Shown: positions 1 to 9,696 of the stretch, in pieces | Layout: each line of letters opens with the position of its first letter | How positions within the stretch are numbered: position 1 is the first letter of the stretch | NCBI GenBank assembly: GCA_028279475.1 | Contig: JANQNR010000013.1 | Coordinates: 19,524-83,523, forward strand | DNA: 64,000 bases | Origin: Rickettsiales bacterium | Lineage (GTDB): Bacteria > Pseudomonadota > Alphaproteobacteria > Rickettsiales > UBA998 | Direction of reading: 5' to 3' | The notes under the pieces: model-generated | Told to the model about the DNA's origin: nothing | Seen by the model: the letters and a program-made list of their open reading frames with translations, nothing else | Databases searched by the model: none | Translations under genes and position numbers: made by a program

Positions 1-110
1 ATCTGATTTACGACTAAGCGTCAAACATTCATTATTGACATTTTCACTTTACCTATCTCCAAAACCTGCTAGGTAGCGCCTGCAATTCTCAAGCCTCGCA
101 GGAATATAGT

Positions 111-1745
111 ATGCTCAGCCTTGTCAATCGGTTTCAACTTACCAACAACCCACGGGCCGATATTCTCTCCGGCATGACCGTCGCGTTGGCGCTGGTGCCT
201 GAAGCCGTGGCGTTTGCCTTTGTCGCCGGGGTCGAGCCGTTGGTCGGCCTGTACGCCGCCTTTTGGGTCGGGCTGATTACCTCTATCTTCGGAGGACGCA
301 GCGGCATGATCTCCGGTGCGACCGGGGCGATGGCCGTTGCCATGGTCGGTCTGGTGATGGTGTACGGGGTGGAATATCTGTTCGCCACCATCGTCTTGAC
401 CGGCGTCATCCAAATACTGGCCGGGGTATTTCATCTGGGGAAATTCATCCGGCTGGTACCGCACACGGTGATGCTCGGCTTTGTCAACGGGCTGGCCATC
501 GTCATCTTTCTGGCGCAGCTTGGGCAGTTCAAGGACGCCATGCCGACCGGAGAACCCACCGACGCCGGCCATGACACTGCCTCCCACAGCGCGATTGACG
601 TATTATTTAATGGTGGCTGGATGCAAGGGGACGCACTCACGCTAATGTTAGGACTCACGGCACTGACCATGGCGATTATCTGGCTGTTTCCCAAGCTCCC
701 GGTGATCGGCAAAATGATTCCGTCCTCACTCGCCTCTATCCTGATTATTTCCTTCCTATGCATCGGACTGGAACTGGATACGCGCACCGTCGGTGACCTG
801 GCCAGTGTCGCCGGCGGCCTGCCGAGCTTCCACATCCCCATGGTGCCGATGACACTGGAAACGCTGTGGATCATCCTTCCGGTCTCTATCACGCTGGCGG
901 CGATTGGATTGATCGAGAGCCTGCTGACCCTCACCCTGATCGACGAAATGACTGAAACCCGTGGCCGCACTTCACGGGAATGCGTCGGACAAGGCATGGC
1001 CAATGTCACCTGCGGCTTTTTCGGGGCGATGGGCGGCTGTGCCATGATTGGCCAGTCGATGATTAATATCAAATCCGGTGGACGCGGGCGGCTCTCCGGT
1101 ATTACCGCCGCCTTGGTACTATTGGGCTTCATCCTGTTCGCCTCACGCTGGATTGAAATGATACCGCTGGCAGCACTGACCGGCGTGATGATTATGGTGG
1201 TGATTGCCACCTTCGCCTGGACATCAATCCGTATTATGCACAAGATTCCACGCGAAGACGCCTTTGTGATTATCCTTGTCACCGGCCTAACCGTCGCCTA
1301 TGATCTGGCGCTGGCGGTGATCGTCGGCGTGATCGTCTCCGCACTGGTCTATGCCTGGAAAACCGCACACCATATCTGGGTGGTGGAAGCACGCGCCAAG
1401 CAGGATAACCGTAAGGTCTACATGCTGCATGGCCCACTCTTCTTCGGCTCCATCGCCCAGTTCCGTGACCTGTTCAACCCCTCGAAGGAAACCGAAAACG
1501 AGATCGTCATCGACTTCCAGAATGCCCGTGTCTGGGATCATTCGGCGCTGGAAGCCATTGACGCGCTGGCTACCAAGTACAAAGCGGCAGGAAAGAAGCT
1601 GTATCTGGTGCATCTCAGCCCCGATTGTCAGCTATTGTTGAAATCCGCCCGCGATATGATCACCGTCAACATGATCGAAGACCCGCATTATGGCGTGGTG
1701 GTGGATTATGCAAAAACGGTGGAAGAATCCTATAGCAGTTCTTAA
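111..1745 (+). CDS. SulP-family anion permease with C-terminal STAS domain
   Basis: 544-aa ORF. N-terminal SulP-type segment ADILSGMTVALALVPEAVAFAFVAG, many hydrophobic helices, C-terminal STAS-like region (KVYMLHGPLFFGS...KKLYLVHLSPD). Confidence 0.9.
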   Translation: MLSLVNRFQLTNNPRADILSGMTVALALVPEAVAFAFVAGVEPLVGLYAAFWVGLITSIFGGRSGMISGATGAMAVAMVGLVMVYGVEYLFATIVLTGVIQILAGVFHLGKFIRLVPHTVMLGFVNGLAIVIFLAQLGQFKDAMPTGEPTDAGHDTASHSAIDVLFNGGWMQGDALTLMLGLTALTMAIIWLFPKLPVIGKMIPSSLASILIISFLCIGLELDTRTVGDLASVAGGLPSFHIPMVPMTLETLWIILPVSITLAAIGLIESLLTLTLIDEMTETRGRTSRECVGQGMANVTCGFFGAMGGCAMIGQSMINIKSGGRGRLSGITAALVLLGFILFASRWIEMIPLAALTGVMIMVVIATFAWTSIRIMHKIPREDAFVIILVTGLTVAYDLALAVIVGVIVSALVYAWKTAHHIWVVEARAKQDNRKVYMLHGPLFFGSIAQFRDLFNPSKETENEIVIDFQNARVWDHSALEAIDALATKYKAAGKKLYLVHLSPDCQLLLKSARDMITVNMIEDPHYGVVVDYAKTVEESYSSS

Positions 1746-1974
1746 AAAATCATCGTCGTACATCTGTTCCACCCCGGCATCCGAGAAATCTATAGTCCGA
1801 AACGCATGTGGGCCGTTGCCATGCCAACAGCATTGTGACATGAATAAAACATAATGAACTCTATGTAACATATATCCATAGCGGAAAGACAACCTGGCAC
1901 ATTTTCATCGGGCGTTATTGCAAAAATCTATGTAGGATTGCCATTAGATTAATTGCTAATCGGATCGAAATGTT

Positions 1975-2448
1975 ATGACATTATCACGCCCTCCACTCGC
2001 GTTTGTTGCCGTCTTAATGCTGGCAGTGAGCGCATGCCAGCCAACGGATGACAATAAAGAATATGTTATCCCAGAAGGAAGCGCGTGTTTCATAAACAAT
2101 ATGGCCAATGAGGCGCTTGTCTGTGTTGACGGCACACGTGATGATCGCAAAAACTGCGTAAAGCTCAAGTCAGCTCAGGTGGGATTTTGGAAGAATTTCT
2201 ACGGAGATCGTGAGTGGCGTGTCTACATTCGCTATAATAAAAAATGGAACAAATGTCGCCACCGCACAACCGATATTCGCTTTGTAGAAAAAGCGTGGGG
2301 TGCCGCAGCCAACTGTAAGGCCTTCTCCTTCAGAACATTACGCAGCCCCGTGTCCCAAAGCATTAAAAACACATGTCCATCACTCTGGGATGACAAGTCT
2401 GATGGCATGAAGGAAGAGATATTTATTATGACACCGGCTGAGAAGTAA
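1975..2448 (+). CDS. hypothetical Cys-rich lipoprotein
   Basis: 157-aa ORF with signal peptide and lipobox (LMLAVSAC). No recognisable family. Followed by a hairpin plus T-run. Confidence 0.5.
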   Translation: MTLSRPPLAFVAVLMLAVSACQPTDDNKEYVIPEGSACFINNMANEALVCVDGTRDDRKNCVKLKSAQVGFWKNFYGDREWRVYIRYNKKWNKCRHRTTDIRFVEKAWGAAANCKAFSFRTLRSPVSQSIKNTCPSLWDDKSDGMKEEIFIMTPAEK

Positions 2449-2567
2449 GAGGTGGTTTAAGTCACGTTCCTTATACGCAGACAGGCCTAACTACTATTAG
2501 CAAACTGATGCGAGCGACTACAGGCGCTCGCGATTTGATTCAGAATAATTCCGAATCTTCTGATTAA

Positions 2568-2612
2568 ACCATCTCATTTTCTGCCCATCGCAGTGTGAGG
2601 TGGTCTTTTTTT
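2568..2612 (+). terminator. rho-independent terminator candidate downstream of the lipoprotein gene
   Basis: Stem accatctca / tgaggtggt (one G-U), about 19-nt loop, followed by cttttttt. Confidence 0.45.
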
Positions 2613-2630
2613 GTGCTGTTGTCATGCTGT

Positions 2631-2667
2631 CTTCATGACGGCATCCGGCCAGACGCCGGAATGACGC
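2631..2667. repeat. solo REP-like palindromic unit (CCGGAATGACG end type)
   Basis: catgacggcatccggc-cagac-gccggaatgacgc, immediately downstream of the parC stop. Shares the CCGGAATGACG terminus with the units at 5909-5945 and 32529-32578. Confidence 0.5.
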
Positions 2668-2669
2668 TT

Positions 2670-4904
2670 TCACGTATCCCCAAACCGATTATTCCTCGGA
2701 AACCCGACCGGCGGTAACTTGCCGCTACTACCGCGATTACCAATCCAGGCGGTCAGGTCGGTTTCCGTGCGGGTGCGGCTGCCCAGACTCCAGGAAAGGC
2801 CGTCTTCGAGCTTAAAGACCGTCACGTCCGACAGCCCACCATCCTTGTAGCGTTGCAAGATCACCCCCTGCCCTCGTGTGATCTCTGGAATCTGGTTGAT
2901 AGGAAAGACCAGCAATTTACGATTCTCACCAATGACGGCCACCATATCACCGTCCGCTACCCGGCAGGAATGCGCCTTGCCGCCCTTCCCCGGATTGAAG
3001 ACCTGCTTGCCGGCTTTGGTACCACTCAGCACCGTGGCACTATCAACGATACAGCCCTTCCCGGTCGTGCTTGCCAACAATAATTTCTCCTCTGATTGGT
3101 GGACGAATGCGCCGATAATTTTTTCTTCTGCGCCCAGATCAATCATCAGCCGGAGCGGTTCTCCCGTTGTATTCCCGCGTGGTAGCGCATCACCCAGCAA
3201 CGTATAGAACCGCCCGCCATCGGAAAACAACACGATCTTATCCGTGGTTTTGGCGGTGAGCACCACCGCCACCGCATCGCCGTCCTTTAGCTTGGTATCG
3301 GACACATCCTTCTGATGGCCTTTAAGCGCCTTGATCCATTCCCGCTCGGTCAAAATCACGGTGATCGGCTCTTTCTCAATAAACGCCTCAGCACTGATAT
3401 CTACCGGCGTAATCGCCTCATGATGGATGGTTGTGCGGCGTGCGCCCAGATCCGTGTGCTTGCCGAAGCGCTTTTTCATCGCCTTGAACTGCCCGCGAAT
3501 CACCGAGGCTGCCTTGCGCTTACTCCCCAGAATCGCTTCCAGTTCCTTCTTCTCTTCCAGCAACTCGGTCTGTTCGCGCTTGATCTCCAGCTCTTCCAGC
3601 TTACGCAGCGAGCGCAGGCGAATATTGAGAATTGCTTCGGCCTGCACGTCGGTAATCTTGAACCGCTCCATCATCACCTGCTTCGGATGATCTTCGTTGC
3701 GAATAATGGCAATCACTTCATCGAGATTGAGGTAGGCGACCATCAGCCCTTCCAGCACTTCCAGTCGCTTGTTGATATTCCCGAGGCGAAAGCGCGCCTT
3801 ACGCTCCAGAATCACAAACCGATGCGCCAGATACTGCTCCAGGCATTCCTTCAGCGACAGCACACGCGGCACACCCTGATCAGTCAACACATTCAGATTT
3901 AGATTATAACGCGTCTCCAGTTCCGTTGTTTTGAACAGGGACTCCATCAGCAATGTCGGCTCAATGGTGCGGGATTTTGGCTCCAGCACAATACGCACGT
4001 CCTCCGCCGACTCGTCACGGATATTGCCCAGCAACGGTAGCTTTTTCGCCTTGAACAGATCGGCGATTTTTTCGATCAGGCGCGACTTGGAAACCTGATA
4101 CGGAATGTCCGTCACCACCACCTGGTACGTACCACGCCCCAGCTCTTCCTGTTCCCAGCGCGCCCGCACACGCAAACCGCCTTTTCCCTGCGTATAAACC
4201 GACGCGATCGTCTCCGGCGTTTCATGAATCACGCCACCAGTCGGAAAATCAGGCCCGGTAACAAACTGCGTCAGATCACTGACCTCACAGTCCGCGTTAT
4301 CCATCAGATGTAACAACGCATCCAGCAATTCCTCAACATTATGCGGCGGAATATTGGTCGCCATCCCAACGGCAATCCCCTCCGACCCATTAGCCAGCAG
4401 ATTCGGCACGCTGGCCGGCAGCACAACCGGCTCACTCTCTTCGCCATCATAGGTATCACGGAAATCAACCGTATCCTTATCAATATCTTCCAGCAGCGCC
4501 ATGGCAAACGCAGTGAGCCGCGCTTCGGTATACCGCATCGCCGCCGCGTTATCACCGTCAATACTGCCAAAATTCCCCTGTCCTTCCACCAACGGATAGC
4601 GCACAGCAAAGGACTGCGCCAACCGCACCAGCGCATCATAGACCGCTGTATCACCATGCGGGTGATATTTACCGATCACATCCCCGACCACGCGAGCGCA
4701 TTTCTTGAACCCGGATTCCGGCGCCAGTTTCAGCTTGAGCATGGCGTAGAGCAACCGCCGGTGCACCGGCTTCAGCCCATCGCGCACATCCGGCAGCGAG
4801 CGCGCCGTAATTGTCGACATCGCATAGGCCAAATAGCGCTCGGACAACGCATCCCGAAATGGAATGTCAATCACCTGTGCCGTTGTTTTTGCCTCATCCA
4901 TCAC
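2670..4904 (-). CDS. parC: DNA topoisomerase IV subunit A
   Basis: 744 aa. N-terminus LSERYLAYAMSTITARSLPDVRDGLKPVHRRLLYAM...GKYHPHGD is the GyrA/ParC breakage-reunion signature. The length and lack of a GyrA-box-length C-terminus fit ParC. Confidence 0.9.
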   Translation of the reverse strand: MMDEAKTTAQVIDIPFRDALSERYLAYAMSTITARSLPDVRDGLKPVHRRLLYAMLKLKLAPESGFKKCARVVGDVIGKYHPHGDTAVYDALVRLAQSFAVRYPLVEGQGNFGSIDGDNAAAMRYTEARLTAFAMALLEDIDKDTVDFRDTYDGEESEPVVLPASVPNLLANGSEGIAVGMATNIPPHNVEELLDALLHLMDNADCEVSDLTQFVTGPDFPTGGVIHETPETIASVYTQGKGGLRVRARWEQEELGRGTYQVVVTDIPYQVSKSRLIEKIADLFKAKKLPLLGNIRDESAEDVRIVLEPKSRTIEPTLLMESLFKTTELETRYNLNLNVLTDQGVPRVLSLKECLEQYLAHRFVILERKARFRLGNINKRLEVLEGLMVAYLNLDEVIAIIRNEDHPKQVMMERFKITDVQAEAILNIRLRSLRKLEELEIKREQTELLEEKKELEAILGSKRKAASVIRGQFKAMKKRFGKHTDLGARRTTIHHEAITPVDISAEAFIEKEPITVILTEREWIKALKGHQKDVSDTKLKDGDAVAVVLTAKTTDKIVLFSDGGRFYTLLGDALPRGNTTGEPLRLMIDLGAEEKIIGAFVHQSEEKLLLASTTGKGCIVDSATVLSGTKAGKQVFNPGKGGKAHSCRVADGDMVAVIGENRKLLVFPINQIPEITRGQGVILQRYKDGGLSDVTVFKLEDGLSWSLGSRTRTETDLTAWIGNRGSSGKLPPVGFPRNNRFGDT

Positions 4905-4916
4905 AAAGTATAATCA

Positions 4917-5049
4917 CTTAACCTAACATTTTTTGCTTGCTGCAAATGTCACTTTTTCATGTTTCCTTTGCGCATGTAGCATGTCTACACTTACGCAGAA
5001 AACATGAAAAGCGCAACATTTTCGCTGAACCAGAAAATGTTAGGTGAAG
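4917..5049. repeat. 133-bp imperfect palindrome between recO and parC
   Basis: Outer arms cttaacctaacatttt / aaaatgttaggtgaag and inner arms ttttcatgttt / aaacatgaaaa pair as nested inverted repeats across the whole recO-parC spacer. Confidence 0.6.
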
Positions 5050-5052
5050 CAA

Positions 5053-5841
5053 TTATAGCGTATCCTTTATTTTCTGTTCCAGCCGATCGCGAATCGCCGG
5101 TAATGCCCGTCCATCCTCCGCGCATAGCCGCCTTTCCATGAAGTACGCATTAATCCGCAGCGCGTCAAGACATTCTGCGGGGTTGGAAGGAGTATCCGGC
5201 TGGAGATAATAGGCCGGCAGAGGAAATAACCGGTCGTGATAAGGGCGTCCGGCGGCACGACTGACGGCGCGTCCGCTTTTAGGTGAGACATAGGCCAACT
5301 CCTCCGTCGTTCCGGTGGCAGCACAGGCGGATACATCCAACCCAAACCCGCAAGCACTCAACAGATGTTGTTCAAAGAGGGTATAGTGTTTGATCGTATG
5401 ATAAGAATCGAGAATCGGGAATTGAGAATTGAGAACCGGAGACATTTCCCGATTCCCGATTCCCGATTCACATTCCTCGCATAACTGTTCCAATGCATCG
5501 AACACGCGCTCCGCCCGGTCGTGCTCATGCAGGCATAAGGTGATGAGTGCACTGGCAGACTGGAGTGCCAGTAACGCGAGCGGGAATTGTGCAAACAGCG
5601 CAAAATAGGGGCGCTGTAATTCTGCCTTGACCTGCCCCATCTGGGTTGGCAGACGCGCTTTCCATTCCACATGCAGCAAATTCCCTAACTGGTAGGTAGC
5701 GCGGTGTTTGCCGGTGGCACCAAACTTGGCTACCGTGCGCAACCGGCCATGCTCCCGGCTCAACAACTCCACCAGCATATCCCGCTCATTCAGCGGAGAC
5801 GTGCCGAGTACAAATGCGTTATCTGTCCATTGTTCTGTCAT
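5053..5841 (-). CDS. recO: DNA repair protein RecO
   Basis: MTEQWTDNAFVLGTSPLNERDMLVELLSREHGRL... and the C-terminal LLSACGFGLDVSACAATG motif are typical RecO. I prefer the start at 5841 (MTEQW); the ORF track extends to 5895 into a repeat element. Confidence 0.85.
   Translation of the reverse strand: MTEQWTDNAFVLGTSPLNERDMLVELLSREHGRLRTVAKFGATGKHRATYQLGNLLHVEWKARLPTQMGQVKAELQRPYFALFAQFPLALLALQSASALITLCLHEHDRAERVFDALEQLCEECESGIGNREMSPVLNSQFPILDSYHTIKHYTLFEQHLLSACGFGLDVSACAATGTTEELAYVSPKSGRAVSRAAGRPYHDRLFPLPAYYLQPDTPSNPAECLDALRINAYFMERRLCAEDGRALPAIRDRLEQKIKDTL
5405..5469. repeat. in-frame palindromic heptamer-repeat insertion inside recO
   Basis: On the plus strand, gaatcgagaatcgggaattgagaattgagaa faces ttcccgattcccgattcccgattc, giving (GAATCGG)n arms in inverted orientation. 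It is read in frame as ESGIGNREMSPVLNSQFPILDS. Confidence 0.65.
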
Positions 5842-5853
5842 ACATATCTTTAT

Positions 5854-5945
5854 CGTCATTCCGGGCGTAGCGACCCGGAATCCATTTATCAACAAGCAAG
5901 AACTACAATGGATTCCGGATAAGGCTTTGCCTTTCCGGAATGACG
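5854..5945. repeat. composite REP/MITE-like element (two inverted units)
   Basis: Unit 1 is cgtcattccgggcgtagcgacccggaatcca (5854-5884). Unit 2 is tggattccggataaggctttgcctttccggaatgacg (5909-5945). The termini are mutually inverted. Confidence 0.65.
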
Positions 5946-5946
5946 A

Positions 5947-7722
5947 CTACCCCTCCAACGCATCCACGTACCCGGCGATGACATCCAACCCCTGCTGCCA
6001 GAAATCGGGCTGTGCAATATCAATCCCGAACGGTGCGAGCAGTGCCTTATGGCGCTTGCTTCCCCCGGCGCGCAGCATCTCCAGATAGCGCGTTTCAAAC
6101 GCTGCCGAGCCTCCGGCGGCTTTCTCCTGCTCATAGACCGCATAGAGCGAATTGACCAGGCAATCGCCAAACGCATAGGCATAGACATAAAACGGCGTAT
6201 GGAAGAAATGCGATACATACATCCAGTACACACGGTAACTCTCATCAAACCGAAATGCCGGACCCAGGCTTTCCGACTGCACCGCCATCCAGTGCTTATT
6301 GACGGCATCCAGCGAGACCTCTCCTTCCGCGCGCGCCGCATGGAGTCGCGTCTCAAACTCATAAAACGCAATCTGGCGCACCACGGTGCCCAGCATATCC
6401 TCAACTTTCCCGGCAATCAGCCGCGTGCACTTAGCCGCATCCTGCTCGCGGTTGAGCAAATATTGAAAGGTCAATTGCTCGCCGAACACGGAGGCTGTCT
6501 CCGCCAGGGTAAGCGGCGTATCCGCCATCAATGCGCCCTGCTGCGCCGAGAGCACCTGATGTACCCCATGTCCCAACTCATGCGCCAGCGTCATGACATC
6601 ACGCAACTTGCCCTGATAGTTCAGCAGAATATAGGGGTGCGCCGAAGGCACCGTTGGATGTGAAAACGCGCCGGAGGTTTTTCCTTCCTTGACCGGCACA
6701 TCTATCCAGTTTTCATCAAAGAAACGTTGTGCAATATCGGCCATCTCCGGCGAAAATCCGGCATAGGCTTCCAGTACGATTTGCTTTGCTTCTTCCCACG
6801 GAATATCGCTATCATCATCGCCGGGCAGTGGCGCCCCTCGATCCCAGTACTCCAGCACCTCCTTACCCAGCATGTTGGCCTTGATGCGGTAATAACGATG
6901 CGCGAGATTGGCATAATTATCCTTTACTGTGGCCGCCAGCGTATCGACAATCTCGTCTTCGACCAGATTCGCCAGATTCCGCGAGGCAACCGGGTGCGTA
7001 AACCCGCGCCATTTGTCATCCACTGCCTTGTCTTTCATCACCACATTATAGATCAGGGCGAATTGCTCAGCTCGCTCCGAGAGCGCCTGCGATACGCCGA
7101 GTGCGGCCTGCTTGCGCGTTGCACCCTCCTTGTGTGACAGGCGATCCAGCGCCTCGGTGAGTGTGAGCGCCTCCTCGCCGACAGGCACCTGCATCCGGTT
7201 ACTGACATCTTCATAGAGTCGAATCCATGCCTGGTTTGCCGCCGAAGATTTATCCAACAACAGTTGCTCGAGCTGTTCGTCCAGTTGGTACGCTCGAAAC
7301 GCCCGAACATCACGTAGCCATGGTTGATAATGACGTAGCGGTGCATGCTGTTCCAACAGCGCCTCCAGTACCGCCTCTTCCATATGGTTCAATTCCAGCG
7401 TAAAAAAGACGAGTTCCGATGCCCGCGCCTGCACATATTCCTGTAGGTTCTGGTAGGTCGCAGCAATCTCCATATTCGTCGTATCCGTGGAAAACAACAA
7501 ATCGGCATAGCTGGCGATCTTGCCCAGACCATCCTCGATCACTTCATAGGCGCGAATGGCTGCAACCAATGACGCGGCATCAAGACCGGTCACCTTTCCC
7601 CGGTGCTCCTCCACAAATTTTTCTATGGAATCTCGCAACCGGTGTTGATCGTCTGCCAGTTCGGCACTATCCGGCGCAGGATAAAGGTCGTTTAAATTCC
7701 AGTTGGGTAGTGATGCATGCAT
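5947..7722 (-). CDS. pepF: M3-family oligoendopeptidase F
   Basis: 591 aa. Zinc motif HELGHGVH. Length and overall pattern are typical of PepF/M3B peptidases. Confidence 0.88.
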   Translation of the reverse strand: MHASLPNWNLNDLYPAPDSAELADDQHRLRDSIEKFVEEHRGKVTGLDAASLVAAIRAYEVIEDGLGKIASYADLLFSTDTTNMEIAATYQNLQEYVQARASELVFFTLELNHMEEAVLEALLEQHAPLRHYQPWLRDVRAFRAYQLDEQLEQLLLDKSSAANQAWIRLYEDVSNRMQVPVGEEALTLTEALDRLSHKEGATRKQAALGVSQALSERAEQFALIYNVVMKDKAVDDKWRGFTHPVASRNLANLVEDEIVDTLAATVKDNYANLAHRYYRIKANMLGKEVLEYWDRGAPLPGDDDSDIPWEEAKQIVLEAYAGFSPEMADIAQRFFDENWIDVPVKEGKTSGAFSHPTVPSAHPYILLNYQGKLRDVMTLAHELGHGVHQVLSAQQGALMADTPLTLAETASVFGEQLTFQYLLNREQDAAKCTRLIAGKVEDMLGTVVRQIAFYEFETRLHAARAEGEVSLDAVNKHWMAVQSESLGPAFRFDESYRVYWMYVSHFFHTPFYVYAYAFGDCLVNSLYAVYEQEKAAGGSAAFETRYLEMLRAGGSKRHKALLAPFGIDIAQPDFWQQGLDVIAGYVDALEG

Positions 7723-7731
7723 AGAAACGGA

Positions 7732-9345
7732 TTAGTCCGCTACCGGTGCTTCTGATGGAATGGCGTCTTGCACATCCTCAATCACCGGTGCAACCGCATC
7801 TTCAACTGCCTGAGCCTCTTCCTCTACAGCATCAACGACTTCCTCGACTATTTCTTCCACCTCATCAGACGTAGGAACCTCAGGAGTTTCGACATCAGTA
7901 CCAAGTGGTACTTCCTCCTGTGCTTCCACAATGTCCTCCGTGATGGCTTCAACAACTGTGTTCTGCTCTTGTGACGCCGGCGTTTCCAACTTCTCTGGTA
8001 CCGCTTCTTCCTGCTGGCTCTCGCCTGCCTGCTCTCCCTTTGACGGCTCTGCATCCGTCTCAGATAAGGTGCCATTCAGCATCGGCTCAACGGCAGACTC
8101 GTACGGAGTTTCCCGCTCCTGCTGCTGCAATCCACCATGACTGATGTAATCTTTCAACACTAGCGCGAACAACTCATCAGCCTTGATGGCTCCAATCATG
8201 AACGGCTCATTCGCACTACGACGAATCGAAAACTCCAGTGGCGTGCTGCCCAACTCACTCCATTGCGGCGCAACATGCTGCAACGCCCCTGGAATCACTC
8301 GAAAAATATCCGGTGCCACATACTCGCCCTTACCCAATTCGCGCAGGAGCGCATCCGCCCCTTCAACCATCACCTGCATATCCACCAAAGGCAGCACCTC
8401 TTGGCGCTTCACCGCAATGTCGCCTGTCACTTTCGCATCGAATCCGGCACCACGCACGGTAAAGGTTTCAAAGGCAATCGCCTTATCCTGCGGCGACTCA
8501 CCTAGCCGTGATTGCTGAACGATCTCAGCAGCAATGGGCGACAATGATGCCGGAATCATGTCACCGGATACACCCTCTGCTTTGAGTTCCACACGCTGTC
8601 CGTCTGCATTGGCATCCAGCGCATAATCGAACTGATCCAGAATCACATCATGCTGATCACGGGTGACATGTGCGTTTTCAAGATTGACGCTGAGCGCATA
8701 ATCATCCGGCACTGCTTCAGAAAACGCGCCGGAGATCGTGGACGCATCCCCCAGCACGACATCGTAGCGGTGCACACGCCCGGCCTGATTCATTTCCAGC
8801 GTGGACTCGCTTTGTAAGGTTAGCCGGTAAGAACGCTGCCCTGTTTCATCCGTCTGAAATTCTATCACGGTCGGCTCGGGCGTCATATAGCGTGCTTCAT
8901 GCCCGGAACCGCCATAAGTCACGGTTACCGGTGAAAACAGATGCACGGCAAACTTCGAATAGTTGTCATCTGATGGCAGCACTTGGGCGATCGGGCTACG
9001 AATTTCGTAGGACGCGCCATGCCCGGATACCATCAGTGATGGTGTTTCAAGCGTAATCGTACGCTGAAACAGGCCACCCTCTGCTTCCATCGCCGCATAA
9101 TCCAGCACTACATCCACGCCGTGCTTAGCATAATGCTGTTGCAGTGACTGCCGGAACGACTCCACATCTGCCTGCACCTGCTTGGGATCAATCGCCGACT
9201 TGTAAGCGAGTACACTGATAATCACCAGTACCACAATAAATCCGGCGAGCAGCGACACGGTCGTGCCATGGCTCTCCGCTTTCTTGAACGCTACCGAGTC
9301 ATCACCGGTTTCTGTCGTCTCTTTGTCTGTCATCCGTTTATCCAA
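7732..9345 (-). CDS. hypothetical membrane-anchored protein with acidic low-complexity C-terminal tail
   Basis: 537-aa ORF with one N-terminal TM helix ([17 protein letters not shown]). The last ~110 aa are rich in E/V/A/D/P. The start overlaps the fdx stop by 8 nt. Confidence 0.5.
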   Translation of the reverse strand: MDKRMTDKETTETGDDSVAFKKAESHGTTVSLLAGFIVVLVIISVLAYKSAIDPKQVQADVESFRQSLQQHYAKHGVDVVLDYAAMEAEGGLFQRTITLETPSLMVSGHGASYEIRSPIAQVLPSDDNYSKFAVHLFSPVTVTYGGSGHEARYMTPEPTVIEFQTDETGQRSYRLTLQSESTLEMNQAGRVHRYDVVLGDASTISGAFSEAVPDDYALSVNLENAHVTRDQHDVILDQFDYALDANADGQRVELKAEGVSGDMIPASLSPIAAEIVQQSRLGESPQDKAIAFETFTVRGAGFDAKVTGDIAVKRQEVLPLVDMQVMVEGADALLRELGKGEYVAPDIFRVIPGALQHVAPQWSELGSTPLEFSIRRSANEPFMIGAIKADELFALVLKDYISHGGLQQQERETPYESAVEPMLNGTLSETDAEPSKGEQAGESQQEEAVPEKLETPASQEQNTVVEAITEDIVEAQEEVPLGTDVETPEVPTSDEVEEIVEEVVDAVEEEAQAVEDAVAPVIEDVQDAIPSEAPVAD

Positions 9346-9670
9346 CCATCATGTTACGTGTTGCCGAAGGAAGCGATACCCGGAGCCCATCCAGTTCGTC
9401 GCTCATCATAATCTGGCATCCCAGCCTGGAAGTATGGGTAAGCCCGAATGCCAGGTCAAGCATATCTTCCTCGTCTTCACTGGCTTCATCGAGTTTATTG
9501 TAATAGCCCTCTTCCACCACCACATGGCAGGTGGAACAGGCCAGAGACCCCTCACATGCCCCTTCAAGGGGGATATGATTTTTATGGGCGATTTCCAGCA
9601 CTGATACGCCGTTGGGCGCATCTACGGTTTTCTCTTCCCCATCCGGGTATATAAATGTCATGGTTGGCAT
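9338..9670 (-). CDS. fdx: 2Fe-2S ferredoxin (ISC-associated, adrenodoxin type)
   Basis: 110 aa. Cluster ligand pattern [11 protein letters not shown]...C ([16 protein letters not shown] ... RLGCQI). Confidence 0.9.
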   Translation of the reverse strand: MPTMTFIYPDGEEKTVDAPNGVSVLEIAHKNHIPLEGACEGSLACSTCHVVVEEGYYNKLDEASEDEEDMLDLAFGLTHTSRLGCQIMMSDELDGLRVSLPSATRNMMVG

Positions 9671-9696
9671 TCGTTCGTCTCTCCTAAAATCATCTG

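Noticed and set aside
431-1282. 283-aa minus-strand ORF inside the SulP gene, plus similar long antisense ORFs at 12244-13032, 17262-17909, 18368-19054, 3315-3902, 6049-6663, 48747-49385 and 56994-57677
   Set aside because: Each lies opposite a gene with unambiguous conserved motifs (SulP, hscA, iscS, nifS-like, parC, pepF, pyk, purH) and has Arg/Ser/Pro-rich composition. They are shadow ORFs.
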